Shown here: in pieces, positions 27,408 to 34,731 of the stretch | Numbering within the stretch: the first letter of the stretch is position 1 | How the letters are laid out: every line of letters starts with the position of its first letter | Assembly (NCBI GenBank): GCA_947631365.1 | Contig: CANRLB010000001.1 | Location: 1 to 34,742 of the forward strand | From: an uncultured Bacilli bacterium | GTDB taxonomy: Bacteria > Bacillota_I > Bacilli_A > RF39 > UBA660 | Direction: 5' to 3' | Length of the DNA: 34,742 nt | Notes under the pieces: model-generated | The model's database searches: none | What the model was told of the DNA's origin: nothing | Seen by the model: only the letters and a program-made list of their open reading frames with translations | Program-made: the position numbers and the translations under genes

Positions 27408-28649
27408 TTAATTATCAAAAAAATATCCAAATAATTTACCAAGAAGGGATTTATCAGAAACATTAATTCTTTTATCTGTTCCTCCCAATTCTTCTTGTTC
27501 TTCTAAATTAAATATTGAAAATTCAACATTTCTTAATTTTAAACGACTATTATAATACTTAATCATTCCAACAGCAGTGGCATATTTATTATTGCGAGCA
27601 CCGATTTCTTCAACACTACCAATAATTCCTTTATTACCAAATAATTCTTCAACGAGGATATCAAAGTCACCACTTTCTGTTACTCCTCCTGTAAGTATTA
27701 TATAACTTATTTCTTTCTTTGTTAAGAGATTTATTTGTTTTTTTGCTAAATTAATAATCTCTGTTAGTCTTCCCATTACTATTTCTGAAGCATCATATTC
27801 ATTAATTTTAACATTTTCATCATATTTATCTTTAAAAGATAATGACTCATTCGGTTGAGCAAGCCTTGTATGAGCAAGAGCTAAATGTTCTTTAACATAT
27901 TTAGCATTTTCCATACTTATTTTATAAACATAAGCTAAATCACTGGTAATAGATGAGCCACCAATATCAATAACTTCTAAATTAGTAAGAATTCCGCGAT
28001 TAAAGATGGAGACTGTTGTTGTTTCTTCACCAATATTGATAACTGCCCCAATTTCTTTATTACTATCTTTTGTTTTATGTTCATAATAATCTCCTAAAGG
28101 GCTTATAACAATATCAACAAGTTCGACCCCAATATTCTTAAGACAAATACTTAATCCTTCCATATTTTTCTTTGGAACTGTAACGATGATAGCTTTCATA
28201 GATAATTTTTCAGAAATCATATTTAAAGGATTATTGACTACTTCATCATTAATAATAAAACTTGTTGGTAAAACTGTTACTAGTTCTCTATGATCCATAA
28301 CTTTGTTATAAACACATTTTTGCATAGCTTTAACAATATCAGCATTTCTTATTACTTTATCTTCACTTGTAGTAGCTATTGTGCCACTAGCTAAAGTACA
28401 TTCGGTATAATGACTAGGAACCGTCGCAATAACTTTTTTAATCTTTATGCCAATTATATTTTCGGCACTTTTAAATGTTTCATTTAATGCTTCAGTAGCG
28501 CTCTCCGGATTAATAATATACCCTTTTTTAATACCTCTTGCAGGAGTTTCAACACATGCTAAAATATTGACTTTATTTTTGACGATTTCACCAACAACTA
28601 ATTTAATAAGTGATGATCCAATATCTAAACTAGCAATGAACTTACGCAT
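27408..28649 (-). CDS. ftsA: Cell division protein FtsA
   Basis: Actin-fold motifs (LDIGSS..., GGVTE). Start at 28649 with an AGGAGTG SD and the promoter just upstream. The ORF track starts at 28706. Confidence 0.93.
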   Translation of the reverse strand: MRKFIASLDIGSSLIKLVVGEIVKNKVNILACVETPARGIKKGYIINPESATEALNETFKSAENIIGIKIKKVIATVPSHYTECTLASGTIATTSEDKVIRNADIVKAMQKCVYNKVMDHRELVTVLPTSFIINDEVVNNPLNMISEKLSMKAIIVTVPKKNMEGLSICLKNIGVELVDIVISPLGDYYEHKTKDSNKEIGAVINIGEETTTVSIFNRGILTNLEVIDIGGSSITSDLAYVYKISMENAKYVKEHLALAHTRLAQPNESLSFKDKYDENVKINEYDASEIVMGRLTEIINLAKKQINLLTKKEISYIILTGGVTESGDFDILVEELFGNKGIIGSVEEIGARNNKYATAVGMIKYYNSRLKLRNVEFSIFNLEEQEELGGTDKRINVSDKSLLGKLFGYFFDN

Positions 28650-28677
28650 AATTGTCACTCCTATTTTCCTAACCTTA

Positions 28678-28706
28678 ATTATACAGAAAAAAAGATTCAT
28701 TGACAA
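28678..28706 (-). promoter_or_regulatory. Sigma-A-type promoter directly upstream of ftsA (TTGTCA-17-TATAAT)
   Basis: -35 at 28701-28706 and -10 at 28678-28683 on the minus strand. Confidence 0.45.
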
Positions 28707-28752
28707 GTTATTTCCTTTAACTTAATAATGAATCTTTTATTTTTATTTATAA

Positions 28753-29469
28753 TTATCTTGATAATTTTAAATATTCTGATTTTTCTTCTATAGTTCCATC
28801 TGGTTTATTTTCTATATAACTAGAACGGTAACCATAACCATCTAGAGCAATACTTTCTTCTGCTATTTTAATATATACTACTCCATTAATAATTTTATAG
28901 TTTTCATCATCTTCAAAAGAACTGGAATCAATTTTTGCAATTCTTTTCTTTACCCCAACAAGATTGCCATCTTTATCTCTACCTATAGTATAGCCTTCAG
29001 GTACAGTATAATAAACTTTACCATCTACTTCATTTTTAATTGGTTCAGTGTATTTATAAGCTACCCAATATTGACGGCCTACTTCATCAGTAAATAATTC
29101 ATAATTCTCTGGTACATTAAAGGCTGCCGACGGAGCATAAACTTCTCTTACTGGCTCATTTCCATCAAATTCAGTATATTGAACATCAGCAATAATACCT
29201 TCGGATGCATAAGTACCAATCATTGCATTTTTTTGGTGATTAATGGCAGCCTCTTTGGGAAGAATTTTAGCAAAAGGACATTCATTTTTTGTATGATCAA
29301 ATGCTTGGTCACAAATTTCAGCCACTGTTATAGTGCCTCCTAATAAGCCTAATAATATTGCTAAACTCACTAGAGTTTTTTGAACCTTATCAAGTTTATC
29401 TTCTTTATTTTCTTTTGTTTGATTTTCTTCATTTAATTCTAAATCTTTTTTTTCATCTTTATTTTTCAT
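28753..29469 (-). CDS. Bitopic membrane protein, uncharacterised (acidic or charged N-terminal tail, one TM, beta-rich extracytoplasmic domain)
   Basis: GGGGGA SD. TM segment LVSLAILLGLLGGTITVA. Internal repeat (F/Y)xVPExY (AFNVPENYEL and YYTVPEGYTI). Confidence 0.8.
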   Translation of the reverse strand: MKNKDEKKDLELNEENQTKENKEDKLDKVQKTLVSLAILLGLLGGTITVAEICDQAFDHTKNECPFAKILPKEAAINHQKNAMIGTYASEGIIADVQYTEFDGNEPVREVYAPSAAFNVPENYELFTDEVGRQYWVAYKYTEPIKNEVDGKVYYTVPEGYTIGRDKDGNLVGVKKRIAKIDSSSFEDDENYKIINGVVYIKIAEESIALDGYGYRSSYIENKPDGTIEEKSEYLKLSR

Positions 29470-29491
29470 TTTGAATCCCCCAAAATTTTAA

Positions 29492-29562
29492 TAAATATAA
29501 TAGTTTAAAGCCGTTGTCAATAAAAAATATAGCATGTTCTTACATACTTGTCAATAATTGAC
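29492..29562 (-). promoter_or_regulatory. Tandem sigma-A-type promoters with a palindromic operator-like site upstream of the 238-aa gene
   Basis: Distal promoter is TTGACA (29549-29554)-17-TATATT (29526-29531). The proximal TTGACA (29515-29520) has a weaker -10. The palindrome GTCAATAATTGAC lies at 29550-29562. Confidence 0.5.
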
Positions 29563-29636
29563 GTTTTTTACTATTTTGAGCTTTAATAATTATTTAGATA
29601 ATCTTTAGTAATTTGATTTTTCTTCTATTATGATGA

Positions 29637-29921
29637 TTATTTCTTTTTAAAACATTTTCGTATACGTTGCCTTTTGCCATATGATTCTGGTACTTGGACT
29701 TTTTGATATTCACTATCTACACTTTGCGATTCGTCCATTTCTGTTAAATTTTCATATTTACTTAATACTTCATGAGTTCTACTTGGATCATATTTAAAAT
29801 CATTTAATAAATGTTCTATAGTTTCACTATTAGTTGTTCCATAAGAACTTTTTCTAGAAGTTATAGTATCTTGATTTGATATTTTCTTCTTGCTAATATC
29901 TAATTTATATAATTTATTCAT
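29637..29921 (-). CDS. 94-aa hydrophilic protein with a basic C-terminal tail, uncharacterised
   Basis: GAGAGGA SD. It is the last gene of the orphan operon. Confidence 0.65.
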   Translation of the reverse strand: MNKLYKLDISKKKISNQDTITSRKSSYGTTNSETIEHLLNDFKYDPSRTHEVLSKYENLTEMDESQSVDSEYQKVQVPESYGKRQRIRKCFKKK

Positions 29922-29946
29922 CGTATAAAAATCCTCTCTATTTGTT

Positions 29947-30738
29947 TTATTTTAATAAAAATTCTTTTATTTTCTTTAATTCTTCATCATTAAATAAATA
30001 AGTAATATCTTTGCCCCTTCTAATAATTTCATTAATAAAATCTTTATCATTAGTTTCCTTAACTTTTTTAAGTAAATGTTCCATATCTAAATCTTCTTCA
30101 ACAGCACTTACAAGTTCTTCTAAATAATAGGCATCCCTTTTTAAAATAAAATAATCAACTATTTTAGTAAAATCTTTATTTTTATTATTGTAATTAAAGG
30201 CAAGACGCCACAATGCTTCTCTTTTATCCTCTTCTATTCCTACCATCACTAAATCATCAAACTCACTTTGGGTTAAAGCAGGTGTTATTGGAACTGAAAT
30301 ATATTCGGTTATAAATTCAAGCATTTCTTTATTACTCATTTTATCAAAATATTTATTAATTAATTCATTATTATCTAATAGATCTACTACAGTATCATAA
30401 AGCTTGCCACCATCCTTAACTACATTCTTATCTTTTTCTAGGCTATCTTTTTCCCTTTTAATAAAATCTAGGCCTTCATCATCTAAACTTTTATAAATAT
30501 TATCATCATTTAATGCATTCAATAATTTATCAATTTCTTTTAAACGTTTCTTTTCTATTTCATCAATTTCATTAGGTATTTCTTTAATTATTTTTTCTAA
30601 ATCTTTAATTAACTCTTTTATTTTTACTATTTCATCTTCACTATATTTTGCTAAATCAATTTGCTTTAAACTAGCAAGTAGTTCTTTACTATTAATAAAT
30701 TTATTTATATATTTATATAATAATTTAACTAAATCCAT
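29947..30738 (-). CDS. Acidic all-helical-looking protein of about 263 aa, uncharacterised
   Basis: ATG at 30738 is preferred over the ORF-track TTG at 30750. Rich in E/K/D/L. No motif recognised. Confidence 0.75.
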   Translation of the reverse strand: MDLVKLLYKYINKFINSKELLASLKQIDLAKYSEDEIVKIKELIKDLEKIIKEIPNEIDEIEKKRLKEIDKLLNALNDDNIYKSLDDEGLDFIKREKDSLEKDKNVVKDGGKLYDTVVDLLDNNELINKYFDKMSNKEMLEFITEYISVPITPALTQSEFDDLVMVGIEEDKREALWRLAFNYNNKNKDFTKIVDYFILKRDAYYLEELVSAVEEDLDMEHLLKKVKETNDKDFINEIIRRGKDITYLFNDEELKKIKEFLLK

Positions 30739-30757
30739 ATGAGCTTTCAATCCTTAC

Positions 30758-31972
30758 TTATTTCATATATCTTACAAAATCGCCAAGTCTTCTTTCTACT
30801 TGTTGATTTGTTCCTAATAACTCATCCATTGGAATATTAAATGTATCTTTTATTTCATCAATTAAGTTTTCTACTAATAAGGCAATATTACCATTTTGCA
30901 TAATATTTAATAAATAATCATAAGTAACATTTTTTAAAGATTTAGATTGAATATTTAGATTATCTTTTTCATGCGTATTTATATAATTTATTAACTCGGT
31001 AATAATCCTTTGATTTTGATAATTATCAAACAAGTCTATATTATGAAGTGCAATTATAATTTTCTCAAAATCATCACGAGTCAATTGTCCCTTATTTTCA
31101 GAGAAAATACAAAAATCAAATACTGGAATTAAAAAGCCTAATTGTCTTCGACTTTTATAAATAATATGGATTTGGTCATCATCTTTGAATATTTGGATTT
31201 TATCTGTAAGATTACCAAAATAAATTTTGGACGTATGTTGGGTGTCAGCAGCTTCTCTTACTTCATAATAGCTGTCCGCTGTTTTTAAACTTTCTGCTAT
31301 TTTCTTGAGTGTTTCATTATTTTTGGGTGTTAATTGACCATTTAAAAGAATTACGCCTTCATCAGGGCAATAATTTCGAGAAGAATAGGTATAAATTGAT
31401 GAATTATCTACTTCATAAAGATTTATTTCTTTGGTTGGGAAAAAATCTAAAGTACTTGGGCGATTGCCTAATAAAAGCTTATGCATATTCTGTGCTTTAT
31501 CATAAATAATGGCAAAAATAGTGCTCTCTTCATAACTAGATAAAGGTTCCCAAATATCATCATAATTAGAAGAAAAAAGATTGATGGTTCTTTTTAAATT
31601 ATCTTCTTCTAGGTAAAAGCAAAACTTGCCATGTTTAGTATCGACATTTGCCCAAGCCCTTTTTCTTACAACTTCGCCTTTTAAATCATCTAATTTTAAG
31701 TAATCTTTCTTTATTTTAGAATTATAATCAATTTCTTCATTATTAAAAGTAACCGTGGTATTATAATCCATGTTATCATCCGCCGGAATACCGCTGTAAA
31801 AAACGATTTTTTCTCCAGTACTTTGATTAACAAATGTAATTGACTTAAAATTAGATTGACTATCAACATAGGAGTCAGTTATTTGGATATTACTCGCTTC
31901 TTCTAAAGTAACATCAAGACCATATTTCTTTAAAATTTCTTGCTTTTTTTGACTAATATTTCTCTTTTCCAT
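30758..31972 (-). CDS. 404-aa uncharacterised protein, paralog 2 of the tandem pair
   Basis: AGAGGG SD. Shares blocks with the upstream gene (R.WANVDTKHGKFC, SKIYFG, TRDDFEKII and the C-terminal helical module). Confidence 0.85.
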   Translation of the reverse strand: MEKRNISQKKQEILKKYGLDVTLEEASNIQITDSYVDSQSNFKSITFVNQSTGEKIVFYSGIPADDNMDYNTTVTFNNEEIDYNSKIKKDYLKLDDLKGEVVRKRAWANVDTKHGKFCFYLEEDNLKRTINLFSSNYDDIWEPLSSYEESTIFAIIYDKAQNMHKLLLGNRPSTLDFFPTKEINLYEVDNSSIYTYSSRNYCPDEGVILLNGQLTPKNNETLKKIAESLKTADSYYEVREAADTQHTSKIYFGNLTDKIQIFKDDDQIHIIYKSRRQLGFLIPVFDFCIFSENKGQLTRDDFEKIIIALHNIDLFDNYQNQRIITELINYINTHEKDNLNIQSKSLKNVTYDYLLNIMQNGNIALLVENLIDEIKDTFNIPMDELLGTNQQVERRLGDFVRYMK

Positions 31973-31982
31973 AAAGTACCCT

Positions 31983-33227
31983 CTATTTGTTAATTTTTCT
32001 AGCTAAACCTTTTTCTACTTCTTTTTTTCCTATTAAATTACTTGTAGAGATACTAAAAGTTTCAGACATATTTTCAATTAACTTTTCAACAAATTCAGTT
32101 AAATTGCTTTTTTCAATTATTTCTTTTAATTCTTGATAAGAAACATTCGCTAGTGTATTAGTTAAAGTATTAAAATCACTAGTATGAACATTAATATATG
32201 TAACTAATTCCGTAATAAAACTTTCTTTTAATTCCTTATCAATATCCATTAATTCTAAAGAAGCTATTATTTTTTCAAAATCATCTTTAGTAAATTTACC
32301 ATCAGTTAAAGAGATGATATTTACAGTTTCTTTTTCTTCTTTTTTATGTTTTCTTCTATTTAAGATATTATAAATGACTTTTATTTCATAACCATTTTTT
32401 AAAACAACAATAGTATCAGCAGCACCATAATAAATTTTAGAAGATACTTGCTCTTTTTCATATTCATCTACTTCTAAATTGGCAAAACAATCCGGCAAAA
32501 AATGTCTAATATTAGCTGTTTTAATATTACCATCTAAAATAACTGCTCCTCTAAAACCTAAACTATCAGCATAATCACCAATACAATAAATTGAACCATC
32601 ATCTGCACTTTTTTTTACGTCTTTCTCAAATAATGTGCCAAAATTCCAGATATTTCGTCTTGGATTTTGAAATATGTTATCAACATAACCATAAAGCCAT
32701 TGATTAAAATCACCAGCAGACGAATATTTAAACTTTAAAACGCCAAAATATGGATAGGCGTATTCAAAATAAGGATTATTAAGCTTATCATTATCATGAG
32801 TTACATTATATAAAGTAAGATCACGATGTGGTCCAAAGTTTAAATTAGAAAACTGTTCATTTGCTTCTAAACAATAAGTTCCATACTTAGTGGTAACATC
32901 GGCATAACATCGAGAATATAATAAATTATTTTCTCTTAAGTCACTAATCTTTTTAGTAACTTCAATATAATCTACGGAGCTAGTTACACTATAATATTCT
33001 TCTTCAATAATCCCAGTCGTAAGATTCTCTTTTTTAAAACAAATGGCATTTTTCTTAAAATATTGTCTAAAGCCAAATGATCTTTTTAAAGTATAAAGAC
33101 AATTATTCTCTTTATCTAAATACTTTACTTTGCCATCTCTTTCTAAAATAAATTTAAGATCTTCTCTTGACATCTTAAAAATTTCGCCAAAATCATTAAA
33201 ATTATTAGTTTTTTGTTCTTTTTCCAT
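31983..33227 (-). CDS. 414-aa uncharacterised protein, paralog 1 of the tandem pair
   Basis: AAGAGGAG SD. An extended -10 (TGTTATAAT) lies at 33252-33260. Confidence 0.85.
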   Translation of the reverse strand: MEKEQKTNNFNDFGEIFKMSREDLKFILERDGKVKYLDKENNCLYTLKRSFGFRQYFKKNAICFKKENLTTGIIEEEYYSVTSSVDYIEVTKKISDLRENNLLYSRCYADVTTKYGTYCLEANEQFSNLNFGPHRDLTLYNVTHDNDKLNNPYFEYAYPYFGVLKFKYSSAGDFNQWLYGYVDNIFQNPRRNIWNFGTLFEKDVKKSADDGSIYCIGDYADSLGFRGAVILDGNIKTANIRHFLPDCFANLEVDEYEKEQVSSKIYYGAADTIVVLKNGYEIKVIYNILNRRKHKKEEKETVNIISLTDGKFTKDDFEKIIASLELMDIDKELKESFITELVTYINVHTSDFNTLTNTLANVSYQELKEIIEKSNLTEFVEKLIENMSETFSISTSNLIGKKEVEKGLARKINK

Positions 33228-33277
33228 AATTTTCTCCTCTTATAGTTTTCTATTATAACATAAGAAAAAAATAATTA

Positions 33278-33808
33278 CTATCTTAAATTCTCTAGTAATT
33301 CTTCTTTTTTCATAGTACTATAACCTTTAATACCTGCTTCTTTAGCCATTGCTTTTAATTCAGTTAAAGTTTTAGTACTTAAATCTTCTTTTTTAGTAGT
33401 TTTTTTAGTTTCTTTTACTTCTTCTTTTACAGTTTTTGGAGCACTTACTTTACCATTTAGGGCATCATTTGCTACTTTAACAAGTTCTGTAAAAGATTTT
33501 GGATCGTTAATTGCTATTTCAGATAACATTTTACGATTAATTGTAATACCAGCTTTATTTAAACCAGCAATAAATTTAGAATAGCTGATATCATTCATAC
33601 GACATGCTGCATTAATTCTTGTAATCCATAATTTACGGAAGTTTCTTTTATTTTGTCTTCTATCTCTAAAAGCATAAGCTCCACTATGGAATAATTGTTC
33701 TTGAGCAGTCTTATATAATCTATGTTTACTACCAAAATAACCTTTTGCTTGTTTTAAAACTTTACGTCTTCTATTTTTTGATACGTTTCCGCCTTTAACT
33801 CTTGCCAT
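33278..33808 (-). CDS. rplT: Ribosomal protein L20 with a C-terminal extension of about 57 aa
   Basis: The canonical L20 sequence covers about the first 119 residues. This is followed by a lysine-rich linker and [28 protein letters not shown]. Confidence 0.95.
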   Translation of the reverse strand: MARVKGGNVSKNRRRKVLKQAKGYFGSKHRLYKTAQEQLFHSGAYAFRDRRQNKRNFRKLWITRINAACRMNDISYSKFIAGLNKAGITINRKMLSEIAINDPKSFTELVKVANDALNGKVSAPKTVKEEVKETKKTTKKEDLSTKTLTELKAMAKEAGIKGYSTMKKEELLENLR

Positions 33809-33823
33809 TTTTCTTCCCCCTCA

Positions 33824-34012
33824 CTAGATAACAGATTTTAATCTGCTAGCTTCTCCTTTCGCTAAAACTCCTTTATTTCTTCTTTGGCGTACAGCTTTTG
33901 AAGAATCTTTACTTGTTTTATGATTACCATTACCTTTTTTATAAGTAAGGGTACCATTCTTCTTTACTTTAAGCACTTTACTACTTGCTTTATGTGTTTT
34001 TTGTTTTCCCAT
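33824..34012 (-). CDS. rpmI: Ribosomal protein L35
   Basis: MGKQKTHKASSK... basic 62-aa protein between infC and rplT. Confidence 0.93.
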   Translation of the reverse strand: MGKQKTHKASSKVLKVKKNGTLTYKKGNGNHKTSKDSSKAVRQRRNKGVLAKGEASRLKSVI

Positions 34013-34033
34013 AATTAATTCTCCTTCTACTAC

Positions 34034-34555
34034 TTATTTTTTAGGTGCTATTAGCATAGACATTTGTCTACCTTCTAATTTCGGTTCAGCTTCAATTTGA
34101 CCAAATTCAGCTAAACTTTCAGCAAACTTTAATAAGACATCTTTGCCTAATTCGGTATGGGCCATTTCACGGCCTTTAAATCTAATAAAGGCTTTGATTT
34201 TGTGGCCTTTTTTTAAATAATCGCTCGCATTTTTAACTCTTGTTTCAAAATCATGGACATCAATTCTAACTGATAAGCGATATTCTTTGATATCTTTATT
34301 ACTTTCTCTTTGTTTCTTTTGCGTTTCTTTTAACTTTTTTTGTCTTTCATAACGATATTTATTATAATCCATTATTTTAGCTACCGCTGGTGTACTATTT
34401 TCGCTCATTAAAACTAGATCAAGTCCAGCATATGATGCAAGGGTTAGAGCATCTTCAATTTTTTTGACACCCATCTTTTCCCCATTTGGTCCAATTACCA
34501 TAAGTTCTGCTACTCTAATTTGTTCATTAATAGGTAGCTCTTCTGTTTTTGCTAT
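34034..34555 (-). CDS. infC: Translation initiation factor IF-3 (non-canonical ATA start)
   Basis: IF3 N- and C-terminal domains are present. A GGAGGTG SD (34562-34568) lies 6 nt upstream of the ATA at 34553-34555. The ORF-track TTG at 34570 lies within or upstream of the SD. Confidence 0.9.
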   Translation of the reverse strand: MAKTEELPINEQIRVAELMVIGPNGEKMGVKKIEDALTLASYAGLDLVLMSENSTPAVAKIMDYNKYRYERQKKLKETQKKQRESNKDIKEYRLSVRIDVHDFETRVKNASDYLKKGHKIKAFIRFKGREMAHTELGKDVLLKFAESLAEFGQIEAEPKLEGRQMSMLIAPKK

Positions 34556-34573
34556 ACAAAGCACCTCCAATAA

Positions 34574-34601
34574 TTAAAAAGTGAGTATAATCTATACCCA
34601 C
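34574..34601 (-). terminator. Leader attenuator (terminator) immediately upstream of the infC SD
   Basis: GTGGGTATA-gat-TATACTCAC (34581-34601) followed by TTTTT (34576-34580) on the minus strand. Confidence 0.6.
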
Positions 34602-34695
34602 TATAAAACCATATTAATAAATAATTATTTTTATCGGCTTTTTACCCATTACTATGGTAATCGGGTGGATATAAATCGCTTTCCTTTTTAACAAC
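34602..34695 (-). ncRNA. Probable L20-leader-type 5' regulatory RNA of the infC-rpmI-rplT operon
   Basis: Bulged hairpin ACCCGATTAC-cata-GTAATGGGT (34644-34666). Upstream TATATCCAC (34665-34673) can pair with the terminator 5' arm GTGGGTATA and act as an antiterminator. The position matches the Firmicute L20 leader. Confidence 0.5.
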
Positions 34696-34701
34696 ATCAA
34701 T

Positions 34702-34731
34702 ATCTTAACACTATAATATATGAATTGTCAA
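34702..34731 (-). promoter_or_regulatory. Sigma-A promoter of the infC operon (TTGACA-18-TAAGAT with extended TG)
   Basis: -35 at 34726-34731 and TGtTAAGAT at 34702-34710 on the minus strand. Confidence 0.5.

Noticed and set aside
28753-29469. Calling the 238-aa bitopic protein DivIB/FtsQ on positional grounds.
   Set aside because: No POTRA-like sequence pattern is recognisable. Position alone is insufficient, so it is reported as uncharacterised with the hypothesis flagged.
4883-31509. Plus-strand ORFs from the track that lie antisense inside well-supported minus-strand genes: 4883-5251, 6007-6321, 6696-6896, 9872-10057, 15707-16060, 25280-25552, 25606-25821, 26527-26820, 28447-28725 and 31309-31509. 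The 20177-20326 portion of the 156-aa ORF belongs in the same group.
   Set aside because: Each is fully embedded opposite a gene with strong family motifs (sigA, dnaG, Rpn, the repeat protein, sigE, spoIIGA, ftsZ, ftsA, the 404-aa paralog and rhomboid). They have low-complexity Ser/Leu/Ile-rich translations and no SD. These are typical shadow ORFs in AT-rich DNA.
16497-33227. A shared C-terminal motif, (D/E)T(F/W/Y)x I ... (L/I)G, between the 250/262-aa family (LMDTYQITFEQVRDELGI, LMDTWNIGEENIEEELGI) and the 404/414-aa pair (IKDTFNIPMDELLGT, MSETFSISTSNLIGK). It would suggest the two orphan clusters are linked.
   Set aside because: The match covers only about 5 fixed positions in K/E/I/N-biased proteins and could easily be compositional chance. 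It needs profile-profile comparison before any claim.
26274-34570. The longer N-terminal extensions implied by ORF-track starts for spoIIGA (26312), ftsA (28706), infC (34570), rhomboid (20284) and ylmC (23833).
   Set aside because: In each case a downstream start has a properly spaced SD and reproduces the conserved family N-terminus. The upstream start lacks an SD or lies within one.
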